Both the position numbers and the translations under genes were made by a program. A stretch of 64,000 nt of DNA from Bythopirellula sp. GTDB lineage: Bacteria; Planctomycetota; Planctomycetia; Pirellulales; Lacipirellulaceae. This document shows positions 15,001 through 25,300 of the stretch, one piece after another (positions within the stretch are counted from its first letter, which is position 1; each line of letters begins with the position of its first letter). The DNA is taken from the NCBI GenBank assembly GCA_965228965.1, contig OZ245849.1, forward strand, positions 1,280,350-1,344,349, written 5' to 3'. The notes under the pieces were generated by a model. It saw nothing but the letters and a program-made list of their open reading frames with translations. It was not told the origin of the DNA and searched no databases.

Positions 15001-18000
15001 CTGTGTCCGACGTGCCGTCCGCATCGGTACCAATTCGGTTGCCCGTGCCGTTCAGCAAAACGCCCGCGCCGAGATTGCCCAGTGCGACCAATCCGGTAAC
15101 GTCGGTGCCGATTCGATTCCCTGCCAGGGTATTGTTGTCACCGTCTAGGTCGACGGCATGCGTCGCATTTGGGGTACCGGAGCCACCAAAGCCACCCGAG
15201 ATGAGATTCCCTTCGACATTGTCGGAGACACCATCACCGTCGGTACCAATGCGATTGTTATCGCCGAGGATCCTGACGCCTCGGCTCTGATTTCCCGTTC
15301 CGATGATTGTGGAACCCGTGAGATCGGTACCAATAAAGTTTCCAGCAATGGTGTTGCCGTTGGCAGATACGAAGACTCCCGCCGCATTACCGGAAATCAG
15401 ATTGCGCTCCTGCTGGTCATTGATGCCGTTGCCATCGGTCCCCACGAAATTCAGCGTTCCGCTGGCGATGTGCACTCCGAAGCCCAGCGACGTCACTGCC
15501 TGGGTGCCCGTTAGATCTGTCCCAATGAAATTTCCCTGAATTCGATTGTTATTGCCGCCTACCGATATGTTTGCCAGGCTGCTGCCTGAGATGATGTTGC
15601 GTGCGTCCGGAGATGGGCCCCCCAGCAGATTGTTGTCGGATTGAATCGACAGACCTTGTTGTGTTCCACCGGGGTGAGACGATCCGCTAATATCGGTGCC
15701 CAAGAAGTTTCCTTCCAGGACGTTACCGGCACCGACACGTATGTCGATCGCCTGACCTTCGAAACGATTGATCACCAAACCACGGATCTTGCTGCCACCG
15801 GCATCGATGAACAATCCGTCGGCGTTCGCACCCGCATTGGTTCCGTCCAGTTCGATCATCAAGACGGCGTTGCTGGCCTGATCGATCAGATTCGTATTCG
15901 GACTGGCACCCGACTGCGAGTAGCCATCGATGGTCAAAGGATCGGAAATCGTGGGGAGCTGCGTCAACGGCTGGATAGTGTGCGGACCCGCTCCGCCAAT
16001 CGCAAACTCGATCACATCGAGTCCGGGATTGTTGTTTGCATCGATGATCGCCTGACGCAGTGAACCAGCCCCGCTGTCGTTGGTGTTGGTCACCAGCAGC
16101 GCGGTGGCTGACACATCAGGGCTCGTCTGCTCCCATCCGTCCTGCAAGATAAGGCGCACACTGTAGGTCAGCCCCGGCACGACCCCACCGATCGTGTAGC
16201 TGCCATCGCTGGCTGTTACGGCCGACGGCTCGCCCGCGTCGAATTGCCCGTTGTCGTTCACGTCGACATAGATCGTCCATCCTTCCAGCGGCGGTTCGCC
16301 GCCGTCTTGTACACTATTGCCATCAAGATCGTGAAAATGCACACCGCTGATCGTGCCGTAGAATCGTTCGACTGCCCCGATGTCGACTTGCGTAGTGGAA
16401 TCGTCATTGCCGTCTTGTGGACGCGCCACCAGACGTTGATCGGTGGCCGGCGCACCAATATCGTCACCGGCATCAATCGCCGGGCTGCCTGGCAACGGCA
16501 CATGGGTGAGCGTCGTACCCGTGTTGTCTTGCAGGGGCGATAACAGCGGATCGATTTCTGATCCGTTCGATCCAACCAAGTCGCCTGTTCCTACTCCGAA
16601 CCCCGTTGCTGAACCCCCGTCGCCGATCAGATTGTTGTTTAGGGACGTAAATGCTCCCGCCACGTCCGGATCAGTTGCTGCCGTGTTGGCCGCGACGATC
16701 GTATTGTGCAAGCTCGCAACACCGCCGGCATGGCGGATTCCTCCGCCCGTCTGCGCGTCGTTGAGTGTGAAAGTGGAACTCACTACGGTTGCGGAACCGG
16801 CAGACATATGGAGCCCGCCACCGTCGCCAGTTGCCGTGTTCGTCGAAACCGTGGTATTCGTGAGCAGCAGCGTAGACACACTGGCAATTGCACCACCGTC
16901 CGTCCCCGCCTGATTGCCAGACAGCGTGGTACGTGAAATTTCGACATCGCCGCCGACGGCAACCGCAATTCCACCCCCCAGTCCACTCGCCTGGCTACTG
17001 ACGACTGCGCTATCACTTAGCGTCAAAGACGCGCCGTCGACCAGCAGCGCACCGCCATCGCCAGTGACCATGCCACCGGAAATGGTCACTCCCGACAGGA
17101 CGACTGTCACGCCTGGACGCAGATCGAACACTCGATCGAGGCTCGCAGCGTCGATGATGGTCTGGTCCGCCCCAGCCCCGACGATGGTCAGCGTTCCAAC
17201 CGTATCGGTGATATCCAAGTCGCCCGTCGCAGCCAAGTCTTCGCTAGCCCCGCCAAGGCTGAGCGAAAAGGTGCCGGACGCGAGAAAAATGGTGTTGTCA
17301 CCTACTTGAGCATTCGACTCTTGGATTGCGGCGCGGAGGGTAGTTGCTCCCGACGCATCAACGGCGTTTCCATCCCCTGGATTTGCGTCGACCGTGTCGG
17401 CGAATGCATCGACGAAGAACTCACCCGGATTGCTGAGGTCAACGGCGAACGAACCGATGACCGTGCCAGCTGACAAATTGCCCTCGGTGTCGCTTACTTG
17501 ACCTGAAACCAGCGCTATCTCGTAGTCGCCGTTGTCTAGCGTATCCCACGTGCCTCCAGGTGGTTGCATTTCGTACTGCGCTACGCGTACGGGACCGTTG
17601 CTGCCAACATCAACTGAGGCAAAAGTCGCGGTAAACGTCACACCGCTCCCATCGAGCCTCGTGACGATGACATCCAGGTCGTCGAGCGTGCTTACGTCCA
17701 CGCCCGTTGTATCCCTGTATTCGATCGTGATCGTCTGCGGAGTCGTCCCTGTGAGCGTGATATCGAGTGCGCTGTTCAGCGTTGGTTGGGGCGCGAACGT
17801 ATCGGTTTGTAGCGCCCCTAGGGCGCTAAGCCTGCCATCCGACACGACCTTGTCTTGAAATACCGGCAGCGACTCTGCACCTGATAAGATTGCGGCCTTC
17901 ACTTCGGCCGACGTTGCGCCCTCGTTCTGCGAATACAACAGGGCTGCGACACCCGCGACGTGTGGGGCCGCCATACTCGTGCCGCTTCGCACTCCGGTGA

Positions 18001-19420
18001 CATCTCCGATTTCCGTACTCAGGATCCCGACGCCCGGCGCTGCAATGTCTACCGTGGTCTCACCGAAGTTACTAAACCGCGCAATTCCATCGATTCGATC
18101 AGAGGCGGCCACGCTGATGATCGAGTCAAATCCATAGTTGGCCGGATAAAAGGGCAGATTGTCATTGTCCACGCCGCCGAAAATGTTGCCGTTACCTGCT
18201 GCTGCCACGAAAAATATGTCCGCCGCGTCACTAGCCGCAATTGCTTGTTGCAATGCAAAGTTGAAGGTGTTTCCACCCCAACTATTGTTCATCACGCGCA
18301 AATTAACCGGATCAACCGACCGCGTTCTCATCATCGTTGCGTAGTTGATCGCTTCGATCGCATCCGAAGTGAATCCAACATTGTTCTCGCCGAGGAACTT
18401 GAGCGGCATGATCGAGGTGTCCCACGCCACACCTGTGACATCGATGCCGTTGTTCCCTACCGCACCCAGAGTCCCAGCGACGTGGGTGCCGTGGCCATGG
18501 TCGTCCATCGGACTGTTATCTTCGTTGCGAAAGTCCCAGCCGAATAGATCATCCACGAAGCCATTGCCATCGTTGTCCACGCTGTCGACCCAATTGGGGT
18601 CGAGCAACAGATCACTCGCATCGATGACATTGTCGAGGTTGGAGTCCACGACCTCACTGGCGTTCGCCCCGTCGAGCTGCAGGTCCGCAAACGTGATGAC
18701 CATGTCGGCATCGGTATCCACGATCCCAGCAGGAATCTCACCCGGATTGATCCAAATGTTGTTCGCCAAATCCTGATGGTTGAGATCGATGCCAGTATCG
18801 AGCACCGCTGCGACGATCTCAGGACTGCCAGTGGTGATGTCCCATGCCAGTGCCGCATCAATGTCAGCGCCTGGTACACCGCCTTCTAATCCTTCGTTGT
18901 TCAAGCCCACCAGCAGATCACTCTGGTACGAAGGGTCGCTAGGTGTCGCTTGTGCGGTGAGTGTGGTATCACGCTCGAAGTAAGCCAACAGCTCAGAGGT
19001 AGACAACCAAGCTTGTGCCTCTGTGCGATGAGTCGTTGGTGTCGCGACCAACAGTTGTCCGGGCAAACCCAATCCGCGCGTCACCTGGACCGGAGCATTG
19101 TCGTCGTCGAACAATGCCATCACGTCGGAGATCGATGTGCTCTGGGCAATCGCTTCGGGTGTGAGTCGGATAATCCAACGGTCGGTCGACGTGGACTCGC
19201 TCGTGGTTTCCGGGTCATTCGCACCAACGTCACCCAGCGCGCCGATCGGGGATTCCTCAGCCTGTCCAAACCATTGGGGGCTAACTTGGTCGTACGTCGT
19301 CAACGAAGAGCTGGACAGAACCAGACGGGCTTCCAGTTGCTCGATGTGCAGTTGACGCGTTTGGGTTGAACCCGTCACTTCAACGGACCGATTGCGCCAG
19401 CGTTTCTTTTGAGGTGCCAT
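1..19420 (-). CDS. Giant multidomain secreted/cell-surface protein. 5' end complete; 3' end lies beyond the left window edge (6,473 codons in window). Contains an N-terminal S8 subtilase, repeated parallel-beta-helix modules, three 7x repeat arrays, FG-GAP/VCBS arrays, SdrD-B-like folds and dockerin-like loops.
   Basis: ATG at 19420-19418 with GGAG 9 nt upstream. In-frame upstream stop at 19633-19631, and the only other upstream start is a TTG at 19474. I hand-translated the minus frame (codon first base = 1 mod 3) and it stays in frame and protein-like at 19420, 18797, 18491, 17975, 8975, 4860, 2599, 514, 418 and 4. The ORF track lists no ORF in this frame between 1 and 19420. The other two minus frames hold only ORFs of 140 aa or less. 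This is the expected pattern if the frame has no stop codon in the window. Confidence 0.9.
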   Translation of the reverse strand, partial: MAPQKKRWRNRSVEVTGSTQTRQLHIEQLEARLVLSSSSLTTYDQVSPQWFGQAEESPIGALGDVGANDPETTSESTSTDRWIIRLTPEAIAQSTSISDVMALFDDDNAPVQVTRGLGLPGQLLVATPTTHRTEAQAWLSTSELLAYFERDTTLTAQATPSDPSYQSDLLVGLNNEGLEGGVPGADIDAALAWDITTGSPEIVAAVLDTGIDLNHQDLANNIWINPGEIPAGIVDTDADMVITFADLQLDGANASEVVDSNLDNVIDASDLLLDPNWVDSVDNDGNGFVDDLFGWDFRNEDNSPMDDHGHGTHVAGTLGAVGNNGIDVTGVAWDTSIMPLKFLGENNVGFTSDAIEAINYATMMRTRSVDPVNLRVMNNSWGGNTFNFALQQAIAASDAADIFFVAAAGNGNIFGGVDNDNLPFYPANYGFDSIISVAASDRIDGIARFSNFGETTVDIAAPGVGILSTEIGDVTGVRSGTSMAAPHVAGVAALLYSQNEGATSAEVKAAILSGAESLPVFQDKVVSDGRLSALGALQTDTFAPQPTLNSALDITLTGTTPQTITIEYRDTTGVDVSTLDDLDVIVTRLDGSGVTFTATFASVDVGSNGPVRVAQYEMQPPGGTWDTLDNGDYEIALVSGQVSDTEGNLSAGTVIGSFAVDLSNPGEFFVDAFADTVDANPGDGNAVDASGATTLRAAIQESNAQVGDNTIFLASGTFSLSLGGASEDLAATGDLDITDTVGTLTIVGAGADQTIIDAASLDRVFDLRPGVTVVLSGVTISGGMVTGDGGALLVDGASLTLSDSAVVSSQASGLGGGIAVAVGGDVEISRTTLSGNQAGTDGGAIASVSTLLLTNTTVSTNTATGDGGGLHMSAGSATVVSSTFTLNDAQTGGGIRHAGGVASLHNTIVAANTAATDPDVAGAFTSLNNNLIGDGGSATGFGVGTGDLVGSNGSEIDPLLSPLQDNTGTTLTHVPLPGSPAIDAGDDIGAPATDQRLVARPQDGNDDSTTQVDIGAVERFYGTISGVHFHDLDGNSVQDGGEPPLEGWTIYVDVNDNGQFDAGEPSAVTASDGSYTIGGVVPGLTYSVRLILQDGWEQTSPDVSATALLVTNTNDSGAGSLRQAIIDANNNPGLDVIEFAIGGAGPHTIQPLTQLPTISDPLTIDGYSQSGASPNTNLIDQASNAVLMIELDGTNAGANADGLFIDAGGSKIRGLVINRFEGQAIDIRVGAGNVLEGNFLGTDISGSSHPGGTQQGLSIQSDNNLLGGPSPDARNIISGSSLANISVGGNNNRIQGNFIGTDLTGTQAVTSLGFGVHIASGTLNFVGTDGNGINDQQERNLISGNAAGVFVSANGNTIAGNFIGTDLTGSTIIGTGNQSRGVRILGDNNRIGTDGDGVSDNVEGNLISGGFGGSGTPNATHAVDLDGDNNTLAGNRIGTDVTGLVALGNLGAGVLLNGTGNRIGTDADGTSDTEERNIVSGNGREGIRMTSGGNNIVAGNFIGVDATGTGAMGNGASGIFTGVVVSGSGNRIGSDVDGTRDNVEANIIAYNTQQGIRLDGTGTGNLFRLNQIFASDTNGGIPIDLGDNGVTNNDLNDVDTGPNNLQNYPVFSSARTDGVDTQIVGTINSAADTTFAIDFYANSSANAAGHGEAERFLASRDVTTDSSGNASFDLLLPAGTVLGEFISATATDPGGNTSEFAAAIAVAGPINLVVNSTSDSLDVTPGDGIVEDNAGNATLRAAVMEANALPGDDTIQLSAGTYGLTIAGTGEDATLTGDLDVTSVITIVGAGPGVTTIDANTLDRLFDVRAGGTLTLQNLTLTDGSVADGGAIKVGNGQTLVLNTVEVVGNSSVGGPGGAISGFRSTIDISNSTFENNSSDQFGGAISLDGGELIISGSVFRTNQAPYGAALDIDDSTSPVVTITGSTFDGNINTDAGQRTILVFNPSGPVTLSDSSIINSTGGGISVGGASGALTITRSIISGNIGGGGIEANRPATIIDSTISGNSGGFGGGIRTQNHLATISGSTISGNTATTYGGGIMASGPLIITNSTFSGNQSNGPGGAIKINSDDVTLTNVTITENTATTGGGISTGSGAFTLVNTIVAGNTGTASDADVVGPFTSGGSNLIGDIGSATGLTDGVNGDIVGDSAGSGVVNAMLGPLTDNGGRTETHLPLTGSPAIDAGTSNGAPADDQRRNPRPLDGDDDGLAQFDIGAVEVFDGFIVNTTSDTPDVNLGDGVASDVSGNTSLRAAIMEANALGGTHKILLSAETYALSIAGASEDLAATGDLDITANIEFIGAGASSTTIDAAGLDRVFEVLNSAIVDFSGLTVTGGSADDGGGLLIHSGTVTIVDSTFSMNNATSRGGGISISGGLTSLTRVDIRNNTSTNIGGGLHNDFSAQTTIVESTIDNNMALSGGGISVNSGTVEVTASTISNNSTTSTGGGVFLNGATTLTLDNSTVSGNSSTQGGGFSVQGTLIATSSTITANSATGAGGGIERLDVGASVSLQNTIVAANTGSSGADLAGLNFTSLGNNLIGDIGTATGLSDGVNGDLVGDSAGSGVIDPLLGPLADNGGTTLTHTPLAGSPAIDAGGSAGSLVTDQRGAPRVLDGNGDQAATIDIGAVEFVAGFLVNSTLDTVDANPGDGVAQDGAGNTSLRAAIMEANALGGSHSIILASGTYTLTILGVGEDLAATGDLDVTAEITIVGNGADQTTIDAAQIDRVFDVRSGGSLTLSSVTVTGGATVTEGGGVRNLGTLQLLASSVRDNLASASAGFLTDASAEFLINTSDAGMEYNPDVATNDAGQTVVTWTSFENDAPDQRSIRAQRYDATGQSVGSEIIVSPATGTKEDQRVAIDDSGRFAVVWYGIDAEGDGDGAGILLQRYDAGGTPLGAPTQVNTTSVGDQTRPTISMAADGKFVVVWVDRDGGASATYDVFARRYDSNGNPLGSEFLINSTTTNMQVSPDVAMADDGSFYVSWQSHSGLTTSDPIDAIYVSRFDASGSLLGGINAEITVNTSPVETLAGLPYQAFSNVAATDDGFLVIWESAPAGGNGFDVLGQRFDLMGNPVGGEIVVVSTTAQKNTVPHLTALDDGGFLLSWRIWVTDDEQDVFARRLDSAGQPTGPEFLVNETTALAQSRIRMAASSADKIWSTWFGNGPGDPDGIFARTFSAPVTPVGGGVANFGDVTIDASTISTNNADAGGGLWNDGTATITNSTFSGNAATTQAGAIYNSATAVANITSTTVTDNSVSGLTAATFLEPDGDEFRVNATVNSSQQQAHLAMNEDGQYVVAWESGHTGQANEIFGRIYSADSGTLGPVFQISPGSAENRLFPNVSINDSGDFVVAYGGGNGGNLFDVFARRFASDGTPLTSAFSVNTSVTGQQRMPWSALADDGNLLVAWQDEDSSADGSDSAARARWYDVVDSTIAGPLTVNTTTAGRQERLTAAMNASGESIVVWEDRDGQDGSLSGIYAQLYNVDGSPRGSEFRVNNATNDNQTVPSVEMNADQVVISWGTRHVDGNSDVFARRFDLSGNPLSDEFQVNQNSIGDHGTSDVGMNRRGQFVVTWSEAVSDVIYARAFDADGNPLGDEFIVPTTAEVGQFFSRVDLDADGNAVVVWHGNGDTDAVGIYARRFQTPLEFANGIYNADGGTVNLQNTLVAANAVGNNAPDIVGGFTSLAGNLIGEVGNATGLTDGVNGDQVGTAMSPIDPLLGPLQDNGGPTQTHVPQSGSPAIDAGNNSTTSAVDQRGVPRILDGDGDQTATADVGAVEVLDGFLVNTTLDTVDINPGDGLAIDANGNTSLRAAVMEANALGGAQTIALPPGTYGLSIAGIQEDLAATGDLDITANITLVGSGADVTIVDAAELDRVVDVLAGGSLSVSFISLQGGNSNGAPGGGIRNSGMLNVDSAVVDGNIAERAAGGGIYNSTGAVATVTRSTLSNNQSFGPNTLFAARQEYDPASGGTYGVSPGDIDGDGDIDFIAPNYDDASITVFRNDGQGVFTPTVIPGLGNRPSGARLHSDVTGDGNPDIVVTHGSGGGGSGDIRVLSGDGNGNFSVEPVPLASFGTEFNDFELVDVNGDGVEDIVAANGFSASQGLLLLLINPGSAPTVTSNNVDTNSSSVALGFLNGDALLDAVVGNQAGESVTVLFGQQSGGPETFQFSVSETIPEADDAGFVLLEDFNEDGNLDLVVSRSTTQTISLRLGNGDGSFQAATLIPIETASPSILSDIVAGDIDRDGALDLIVSAFDDGAIHILLGLGNGTFRSPQRFEVGDDAFKNDLADFDGDGWLDLVVANRDVGAVNLLFNTAQFALNGGGIANLGTLTVDSSTVSGNSADSGGGIYNNGAAMVRSSTLSGNSATAEGGGFFSTATATASIANSTIADNAAAGVGAFRQLQPIGNEFKVNDGTTGTQDFADVSTNASGHSIIAWDGGESGTEDQDVYAQRFLPNGSLSGENFRVNNASANRRHRPAVSVAPDGSHIIAFAGTGIDNDGVGIRAWHYSDFSGSTTSTFRVNETQAGNQTSVQLAAADNGYVVIHDSPGAPGDVYARQYDLDAIALTGEVRANLDSSGNQLRQDVGLWSDGGFVVVWSEQSAIEARVFDSSLNALTGDVQLKASTGPPLFDTAIYTLDSGFVAVWRESGASIRGRQFDRLGTPIGDEFVVFQSTDTVWMSPTIAPLPNGGFAIAWSAQADGASDQDVYVRQYNAQAKPVTAAEIISQTTAGDQKDGDIAVAADGSGFIVWDGNGPGDDQGIFARRVGPVGYYGGGIFVSAGGTLELNSTIVAGNQSDDDGSDVVGAFNSEGNNLIGDVGDATGLADGVNGDQVGDDLSPIDPLLGPLQDNGGPTQTHVPQSGSPAIDAGNSTGVPATDQRGTTRVLDGEPDGVATIDVGAVEVDLGGTTFVVNTTTDSVDATPGDGVAQDAGGLTSLRAAIQEANASAGFDTITLGPGTYTLTLSGASENAAATGDLDITDHVSIVGAGADVTIIDASGLGDRVFEVLADQFAGFSGITITGGTRSGLGLNAAGGGILNRGTVRIEAATIDGNMSNSDGGGLRNLAAATVTIIDSTFSNNVARNGGGLHNEGTATATSSTFSGNSIIAGSNRRGGAVFQQSGSLTVEASTITNNTADDEAGGIYVNSGTATLLNTVVAGNSSTSTADVDVSGSFVSLGNNLIGDIGSATGLVDGVNDDQVGDSAGSGAIDPLLGALQDNGGTTLTHAPMAGSPLIDAGSNTQARPKDQRDLRRILDGDDNLTAVVDIGSVEFFGGFIVNTTADTVDANPGDGQALDASGNTSLRAAIMEANQQVGITSILLDGLTYTLNLTGTESNNATVGDLDLFSATTSVTIFGAGTGQTTIDAQGIDRLFDVASGATLSLLDLTLTGGSATASGEEDGGAIYNDGGTVSLTRVAASGNTADESGAAIYQASGALTLTASTLSGNIANSASSGGGGLFTYSGTVDLIRTTLANNMAYNGGGIYSYGGMVTIDSSTISGNMATSLGGGIVNVANLTIRHSTITNNSGDGAGGGVASYGADISVTHSIIAGNSSTSGGRDIQGGFSSQGYNLIGIDDGAVFAATGDQVGSSGTPLDPLLGVLANNGGPTQTHSLLDGSPAIDVGDGAIVSPPVTDQRGESRIENSTIDIGAYEVSAGGALAALGGADDGQIALAATSTDDGPIAASQATAFGVPGVDVWNVTVRTGDAFSNIDFGARALPGEIRGQKFHDLNGDGFKDPFEPGLAGWEIYLDENNNQQHDDGEQLVVTDTNGAYEFLNLASERTYSIAEVPQLGWVQTFPTANQSQTVFLNAGESRTGVDFGNVEEGIGGSGNGDLAGQIFNDINADGDQDAGELGISGVTVYLDFNDNGQLDGGEPTDVTNQDGDYQFDNVVAGEYAVRVVVPVNGTQTSPSGVDNRPLTSSLETQTQPNSIASGDFDRDGNQDLAVVNAGQTTLSVFFGDGQGGFQAPTIVNVGAAPISIQAVQFDDDNSDDQIDDGDYVDLIVGYAGTNFVSVLVNNQSGGFVRSDAIAPYAPWFTAPGDFDQDGDVDIVTVHVNQSIVSFLERIPAGFVSPAPTIANGQDPASLITVQLTDDNSDFVVDDTDRLDLAWVDLFPGANTVSALFNDGGLSFTRITKNVGGRPFAVVAGDFNGDGFQDLAATIPETNQVALLVNNQSGNFALPSFTEAGLGPTALTAEDLDGDGDIDLAVTNASDEGFTLLRNDGSGSFTAEVSGSAAVPNPLAVSIVAAQLDDDPILDLAIANGLGSESVLFLANRVIDRAQRETILNGSTTSGVNFGIQLLATGEPADFDGDGDVDGADFLSWQRGFGIQAPNATKADGDADNDGDVDSDDLGQWLADYGTGALQSLAAGEAAFSTAENIAAASAVRSTSPTELIAIDAAVLLAIDSALPDSLIEESTLERSAYRESVRDRVLRNDYRVPARNSTDDETLESTVGVSEENLGWESRDSLFDELELEAM
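356..514 (-). other. Two dockerin-like / EF-hand-like Ca-binding loops
   Basis: Checked codon by codon: [21 protein letters not shown] (514-452) and [21 protein letters not shown] (418-356). The reading frame continues past position 1 (...[12 protein letters not shown]). Confidence 0.7.
650..1660 (-). repeat. Second FG-GAP/VCBS-type repeat array
   Basis: [18 protein letters not shown] (about 1600-1650), [45 protein letters not shown] (about 820-870) and [17 protein letters not shown] (about 650-700). Confidence 0.65.
1720..2290 (-). other. Two tandem SdrD-B-like folds
   Basis: [41 protein letters not shown].. ([20 protein letters not shown] checked at 2220-2161), then [42 protein letters not shown]... 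Confidence 0.6.
5147..6223 (-). repeat. Array C: 7 tandem ~55-aa repeats of the same family
   Basis: Starts [11 protein letters not shown] at 6223 and ends QGIFARRV at 5170-5147. 7 units counted. Confidence 0.55.
6530..7560 (-). repeat. FG-GAP/VCBS-type repeat array (integrin-alpha-like propeller)
   Basis: Repeated Ca-loop motifs: [12 protein letters not shown] (about 7500), [53 protein letters not shown] and [14 protein letters not shown] (about 6545-6590). Confidence 0.7.
8515..9628 (-). repeat. Array B: 7 tandem ~55-aa repeats of the same family
   Basis: Starts [11 protein letters not shown] at 9628. One unit checked codon by codon: [12 protein letters not shown] at 8977-8942. Ends GIYARRFQ at 8538-8515. 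7 units counted. Confidence 0.6.
9905..11074 (-). repeat. Array A: 7 tandem ~55-aa repeats (EF.VN..T.G.Q..P.VA....G.FVV.W......DG...G[IV]FARR[FY]D..G.P.G), probably a 7-bladed beta-propeller
   Basis: Hand translation starts [29 protein letters not shown] at 11074 and ends GIFARTFS at about 9908-9931. I counted 7 units. Confidence 0.6.
14530..16000 (-). repeat. Short-period parallel-beta-helix (PbH1-like) repeats of the form N-x-I-x-G-N-F-I-G-T-D-x-x-G
   Basis: Example: 15360-15301 translates as [19 protein letters not shown]. The same N.I.GN.IGTD pattern recurs about every 22-25 aa through this stretch. The block ends with an ...[13 protein letters not shown]... type segment near 14300-14530. 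Confidence 0.6.
16130..16400 (-). other. SdrD-B-like / Cna-B-like Ig fold
   Basis: [54 protein letters not shown].. (the [20 protein letters not shown] part was checked at 16260-16201). Confidence 0.6.
17900..18900 (-). other. Subtilisin-like serine peptidase (S8) domain of the giant protein, with an intact catalytic triad
   Basis: Hand translation gives [15 protein letters not shown] (Asp codon 18799-18797), [15 protein letters not shown] (His codon 18493-18491) and [14 protein letters not shown] (Ser codon 17977-17975). VMNNSWGG lies between them near 18290. Order and spacing are typical of subtilases. Confidence 0.85.
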
Positions 19421-19721
19421 CCTTAATGTCTCCCCAACGGTGTCCAGACAAGAGAAGCGTGGCGGGTTGGGCAACGCCCAGTCGCGCAGTATAGCTGCGT
19501 TGACTGCGGAAATCCAGAATATTGGCTGCTGTCGACCTGGGAAACACGTTACAGCGACACCAGAATCGTAGCGTGGGCGGCGCTCGACTCGGGTCAGCTC
19601 GTCAGCACAGCAGCGGCAATCCGCACGAGCTCACAAATGGAAGGAAGAGAACTTCCGTTCGTCGACTTTCGGGAGGTTCTCGTTTGACTACCTTGCGAAC
19701 ACCCGTGTCGACTTCGACGAT

Positions 19722-22145
19722 CTAGTACGTCAGCTCGCTGCCGAAATAGAAGTTGATCCCTGGTTGAAAAACAGCGATCCCGCTTTGCGATCGAAAGTCG
19801 AGGTGTTCTCGATAGTTCTTGTCGGTGAAGTTCTCGACTCCCGCAACAAGTTGAAGTCCGTCGGCGGCCCGCCAGAACGTGCGGATGTCATAGGTTGTGA
19901 AGCCAGGCGTCGGTGATTCCAACAGCGAGGCGGCAACACGATTCTGGTTGTCGACAACGCGGGCGTAGAACTCGATTCCCCAATTGGCGACGTCGTCGGG
20001 CGGGCTCAGGCGCAATCCAATCCGAGATTCCAGCGGAAGGATGCTCGGCAAAGGTTCGACACCTGCGCCAGTGACGCCACTAAATGCTCCGCGCACCATA
20101 CCGGGAACTCGCATGCTGGGGGAGCTTGATGTCGCCTCCCTCGTAGCGAAGGTGCCATTGCGCGTCCGATCGTCGCCTTCGACATATCGGACCGTTGCAA
20201 AGGGGCTCAACCAATCGTTGGCATCACATTCTAGTTGAGCTTCGCAGCCCCAGAGGAGCGCCCGCTCGGTGTTGACATACTTCAGGTTCACTTGCTCTGG
20301 GTCACCCACTGGGGGACCAGGTACGACTCGCAGGTTTTCGAACGTGATATAGTCGAATGCCCAAACGTTGTAGGCAACCACTCTACTACGCCAGCGCTCG
20401 CCGCTACGTGTGAGGCGAACATCCATCTGGATCCTGCGTTCCTTATCGAGGAGCGGATCGCCGGTCACCGTATTGAGACCGTTCTGTAAGAGAAACATGA
20501 AGGGCTGTACCGCATATCGCTCGGTGAGGTTTGGTGCGCGTTCGGCATAGCCAACACTCGCCCCGGCGGACCACTCCTGGTTCAGCTGACGGTTGACCGA
20601 TACGAATCCTGAGCCTAGCAGGTCGTTCTGATCGAACACATCGCTGCCCAGGATATCGGCAGCAGGCACTTCGATCGTGCCCACACTCGATAGTTCATCG
20701 GTAGTTGCTTCGATGTTGGTGCCGACCCAGTCAATTCGTGCTCCGGTCGTCACGGTCGTGCGCTCATTCACCGGTTTAGCGAACTCGACGAACAGCCCAG
20801 GATTGGAGGCGTGCGAACGCGGAATCGGAGAATTTGCGTCCGTCCACACCTGGAACCCGAGCACACCGCTCGTGATTTCGTTGAGTTCCTGTCTTACATA
20901 GCGCAGGTCGGCTCCCGCGGTTAGCAACTCGTCATTCGTACCGTCCCAACTGAAGGCAGCTCGGTAGCCCGTCGACATCGATTCGACGTCAGTATTGCCG
21001 ATGAACCGGAGGAAATCCAAGAAGGGAAACTGACGACGCTTGCCAGACCGCTGCGCACTGCCTTCGAATCGCGTTAAGTTGTACCACGAGTCGAGAACCA
21101 ACCGGTCAAAGTAGTAGTGATCACGCATCACGTAGGCGATGTCGTAGCCATCGGTAACCAGGAAATCGATATCGAAAGCTTGTCCAGGCAACTCCACGTC
21201 GGTTTGATCAAGACGAATGTAGGAGGCGTCCAGCGAATCGTATTCGTTAACTTCGCCGCCGATCGCTGCGAATACATCACGAGACTTGAAGCTGGACGGG
21301 ATCCCGTCACCATCGCCGGTCACATAGTCGTTGCCAGTTGTATGCCCGTAACTCGCGCGGAAGCCCCAATTACTAGCGCCGCCCCAAGCACGCTGCCTGC
21401 CATACCATTGCTCCCCATTCGTACTAAAATCGACGATCGATTGACCGTGGTACTCAGGACCGCTTGCGTAGCGAGGAGCCCGCAACAGCGCGACGTCCAT
21501 AAATTCAAAGCCTGGGCCATATAAGGCACTGTACGGTCCTGGGATAATCGTGGTCTGCTCGATGATTCGCGAGTCGATCTTGCTGAGTACCGTGTCCAAA
21601 TCAATCCGCGCTGGCACCCAGTGCGAACCTGAGGCGGCTAGACTCCCGACTCGACTGCCGCGTACTCGTGGGTCGGTAACGATCGGGTTGCGTCGCTGCA
21701 CACCGGTGTTCAACACCGATGGCGATGTGCCCAGTAAGTCGCCCGTATCGGTCGTCGATCGAATGAAGGACTCGGCACCCAACACGCTGTTTGCGCTCGC
21801 GAGGTTCGCGTAGTTAACCGTTCCCGGGAGGGCTAGACTGGGTCGTTGGACTCCAAAAGAGCTGAACAACTCCTGATTTGCTCCGATGGCGCTGGAAGGC
21901 AGTGGCACGGGCGCATTGGCTTCCGCACTAGGCAGCGCAGGACTCTGAAACTGTGTAGGTTCAACCAGTCCCATCGCCATGCTAAAGTCGCTGACGAGAA
22001 TGTAGCCATCAGATTGATCTGCGTCGTAGTTGTCGGAGATTGAACCGGTTGCTGGTTCGCGACTGGACGCAATCGCGAAGTCGCATGACCAACAGCAGAG
22101 CATCGCGGCAATGCAAACCGCGCGGCGCAGGTATTGTCGCGTCAT
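19722..22145 (-). CDS. TonB-dependent-receptor-like outer-membrane beta-barrel with plug domain
   Basis: 807-aa ORF. Signal-like N-terminus. Plug-like segment NPIVTDPRVRGSRVGSLAASG...IIEQTTIIPGPYSALYGPG. Long beta-rich body ending in GINFYFGSELTY with a terminal aromatic residue. Confidence 0.75.
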   Translation of the reverse strand: MTRQYLRRAVCIAAMLCCWSCDFAIASSREPATGSISDNYDADQSDGYILVSDFSMAMGLVEPTQFQSPALPSAEANAPVPLPSSAIGANQELFSSFGVQRPSLALPGTVNYANLASANSVLGAESFIRSTTDTGDLLGTSPSVLNTGVQRRNPIVTDPRVRGSRVGSLAASGSHWVPARIDLDTVLSKIDSRIIEQTTIIPGPYSALYGPGFEFMDVALLRAPRYASGPEYHGQSIVDFSTNGEQWYGRQRAWGGASNWGFRASYGHTTGNDYVTGDGDGIPSSFKSRDVFAAIGGEVNEYDSLDASYIRLDQTDVELPGQAFDIDFLVTDGYDIAYVMRDHYYFDRLVLDSWYNLTRFEGSAQRSGKRRQFPFLDFLRFIGNTDVESMSTGYRAAFSWDGTNDELLTAGADLRYVRQELNEITSGVLGFQVWTDANSPIPRSHASNPGLFVEFAKPVNERTTVTTGARIDWVGTNIEATTDELSSVGTIEVPAADILGSDVFDQNDLLGSGFVSVNRQLNQEWSAGASVGYAERAPNLTERYAVQPFMFLLQNGLNTVTGDPLLDKERRIQMDVRLTRSGERWRSRVVAYNVWAFDYITFENLRVVPGPPVGDPEQVNLKYVNTERALLWGCEAQLECDANDWLSPFATVRYVEGDDRTRNGTFATREATSSSPSMRVPGMVRGAFSGVTGAGVEPLPSILPLESRIGLRLSPPDDVANWGIEFYARVVDNQNRVAASLLESPTPGFTTYDIRTFWRAADGLQLVAGVENFTDKNYREHLDFRSQSGIAVFQPGINFYFGSELTY

Positions 22146-22354
22146 TGCACCCCCCGTGCACCGACGAATGATTGATGATGTCGTCTGTCGAAAACGGAAG
22201 CCGCCGACTTGATTGTCGTACGCGAGCGCAAGATGAGATCCGCTAGCGAATGGCTCGCTTCCCTAGTCGGAATAATCGGTAAACTTGCCGAGCGTCTTGA
22301 GGGCAACCGCACGGTGACAAGCACCGCTAGCACTGCTTCTCTTGCCGCGAACGA

Positions 22355-25300
22355 CTACCCCGCATCCGTGCCCTCCAGAATGCGACGGCATTCGAGTTCC
22401 AACACGGTCAGTTCCCAATCGCCAGGCTGATTCTCTCGGATCCATTCCTGAGCAGCACGAAGTTGATCCTGGGCAGCGGTTTGGTCGCCCGCTTTGTGCA
22501 TCGCCATCGCGGCAATCAACATGCTGCGACCGTGCTCGAGCGACGACAGATCATCATCAGGTGCCAGCAGTTGCAAGCAGGCATCGAAACGGCCTTTGCG
22601 AAATAGTACCAACGCCTTCGTATCTCGAAACCGCTCATTACTAGGGGCCGCTTTGGTAGCAAGCTCTGCAGCGGACAAAGCAATCGACGTGTCTCGTACC
22701 GTGTGATCCGCACAGCTGGCGAAGAACCAGGCGGCATCATTCAAATAAGCGGGATCGTTGGTAACTTCCATGAGTAGCTTCCAATGCGAAGCCGCGTCCC
22801 GATAAGCGGTCGATGCTGCTTCAGTGTCGTTTCGTTGCCAGAGCAGATCCCCTTGAATCGCTTGCACGAGTGCGAGGAAATAGCGATGACTGACCGATTC
22901 GGTGTGGTCGTTTACGAGGCCGGTCAATCGCCTGCCGGCCGCGGCGACAGTGCGCTCACTCGAGTCATACTCTTCGAGTCGATACCAAATCTGGGCCAAA
23001 TGACTCTCGGCCACGGCCAATCTTTCCGCATAGGCGGGAATGTCTGGGTACGCTCTGCCGAGTTGCTCAAAAATCTGTACCGCTTGCTTGCTCTCGCCCA
23101 AAGCTTCCTGATACGCAGCGCGCACCGTGAGCGCTTGCGCCAGATTGTCGGCAGCAATGGCACGCCCCTCATGAAACCGCGGAATGGAGGGATTCGTTTG
23201 CGCTAACAAGGTAAGCAACCGCTTCGCCTCTCGCAGAGTTTCGATTGCCTGCGCAGGCTTGTTGAGGCCCAGTTGCAACTGTCCCAAATCGGTATAAGTT
23301 AGCGCGAGGTTTTCTTGATAGACAATCGCGCCGGGTAATTCGCGAATGAGTTGCTCGTAGACTTCAATTGCCTGTTGGTATGATTGGGCCTCGTTCGCAA
23401 GTTCGCCCAAGCGACGCTCCGCACTCGCCAAATAGAGGCTCGCCATGGCAACGCGTTCCAAGTACTTTGGCTCCTCGGGATGCAGTTCACTGATCGCACG
23501 GTAGACCGATAGCGCATTGGAGAATTGCAGTCTCGCGCTGGTCGCATCGCCCCGCAGCAACTGCGACTGTCCCCAACCAATTCGCGCCGCAGCCAAATTA
23601 ACACGTAGCAGTAGCACGTCAGGCTCTCGTTTGATCGCCGCTTCCAACTGCTGGATGGCAGCTGTGAATTGACGCTGTGCCTGATCAATTTGATCTTGCT
23701 GGAGCTGGAATTGGCCGAAGTTAACGCGGAGCGACGACTCGAGTGTTGCCACCTCGTGATCTGTCTGGCTGGAGTTGGAAAGCTGCCCGGCGAGTTGCAA
23801 CGCCTCTTCGAATGACTTGCGTGCCAGCGTTGTATCCGCCTGGTCGTTTTCTGACAGCGCCAGCCTTCCATGAGCTTTGGCGATCACAAGGTTTACGGAG
23901 CGAAGATTGTCCTCGCTTCGAGCCTGCTCGGCGTAGTCAGTCAATACGCTGATCGCTTGCCGATAAGACTTCGTCGCTTGCTCGGAGCGGGCCAACTGAC
24001 GCTGCAGGTCGCCGAGACGAAGCAGCGTTCTGCCGCGTTCAAGCTGCACGGCTTCGTCGTCGCCGATCTGATCGGCAAAGCTCTCGTACTCCTTGACGGC
24101 GCGCTCCAACATGTGCTGACGAAATCCGGATGCGCCCGGGTAGTTTCGCAATGCTTCGGTGAAACCCGTCAGCCACGTATCGACTGTTTCTCTCGCCTCG
24201 AAGAATCTTTGCTCTGCCTGCTGACGCGACGTCGCCTCCGCGACCGCAAGTTGCGAGTTCTGTTCGGCGAGCAGCTCGGCTTGAGAGCGCGCTCGATTAA
24301 TCATCAGCGCCGCGACGGTAGCCGTTAAGGCCATCAGAATCGCCGCGGTTCCTCCCGCCAGCGCCCAAGTGCGATGCCGACGCACAAAGCGAAACGTTCT
24401 TTCAGTCCAGGTGTCGGGACTGGCGAGAATTGGCTCGTCTCCCAGCCAATTCTCCAGATCCTGGGCAAGGCCTGCCGCACTGGAGTACCGATCTGCGGGT
24501 TCCAGGGCCATCGCCTTCAGACAGATAGCCTCCAGTTTCTTGGGCAGGCGCGGCATGCGTAGCCGAGGCTGTTCAAATTCGCCCTCCTGGACCTTCCGCA
24601 GAATGGTAAGCAGGTCGTCTTTCTCAAATGGCGGTCTGTTGCATAACAGCGTATAGAGCGAAGCACCCAAACTGTAAACATCGGAGCGCACTCCAATTCT
24701 ATCCAACGCCCCGGCCGCTTGCTCTGGGCTCATGAACGCGGGAGTTCCCATCGCGCTGCCCATCTGGGTGTCCGACGAGCCGCTTAATTCAGCCGTTAAC
24801 AACGGACTCTCGCTCCGCGATTCAGGAATCCGTTCGTAGGCGTGCTGCACACGAGCCATTCCCCAGTCGACAACATACGTTTCCCCGTACTTGCCGAGCA
24901 TCACGTTGCTGGGTTTGATGTCGCGGTGCAGCACTCCACGGCTGTGCGCGTACTCAATCGCGTTGCACACGTCGACCAGACGCATGAGCAGCCGGCGGAA
25001 TTTCAGTGAATTGCGATCAAACAGCGAAGCCTCAGGTACCGATTGGTGGTATTGATTAATCGCTTCCTGGAGAGTTTGTCCCCGAATGAAGCGCATCGCA
25101 TAGAAGGGCCGCGCCTGGGCATCGAATCCTAGGGAATAAACGGGCACAATCCCGGGGTGCTCCAGGGCACCCGTCACCTCACCTTCGAGCAGAAAGCGTT
25201 GCTGTTTGATGGGGTCATCAGCATGCTGTTCTTGGAGCTCTTTTAGGGCCACTTCCCGCTTGAGTTGATCATCGCGAGCAACGGAAACCTCGCCCAAGCC

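Larger units (their letters stand above)
2480..17430 (-). repeat. Seven to eight repeated modules of the type CSLREA-like motif -> parallel beta-helix rungs -> choice-of-anchor-Q-like terminal motif
   Basis: Eight [ST]-L-R-[AQ]-A-[IV]-x-[ED]-[AS]-N motifs near 17311-17343, 16027-16070, 14183-14212, 12652-12680, 11426-11455, 7995-8024, 4613-4643 and 3515-3545. Seven [29 protein letters not shown]...DQRG...DG...DIGAVE motifs near 16470-16560, 12870-12950, 11645-11740, 8210-8300, 4841-4930, 3735-3820 and 2579-2650. GGG[IL]xN / [ST]x[IV]xxN rungs lie between them. Family names are from memory of TIGRFAM/NCBIfam naming, not from a search. Confidence 0.7.

Noticed and set aside
31-19369. Dozens of plus-strand ORFs (e.g. 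12630..13316 228 aa, 9732..10337 201 aa, 3362..3955 197 aa, 17960..18547 195 aa) and short minus-strand ORFs listed across the first 19.4 kb
   Set aside because: They are antisense or off-frame shadows of the giant minus-strand gene. Their translations are Pro/Ser/Ala/Arg-rich low complexity with no motifs and they overlap each other. The unlisted minus frame gives clean domain motifs throughout.
22146-22354. Possible cobalamin riboswitch upstream of the TonB-dependent-receptor-like gene (also checked 48208-48310 upstream of the DUF4430-like gene)
   Set aside because: I read both strands for the B12-box (GCCACTG-like) and the GGTG..AAATCC core and found neither. An AGGGAAGC at about 22235 (minus strand) is not followed by the expected elements. 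An Infernal scan would be decisive.
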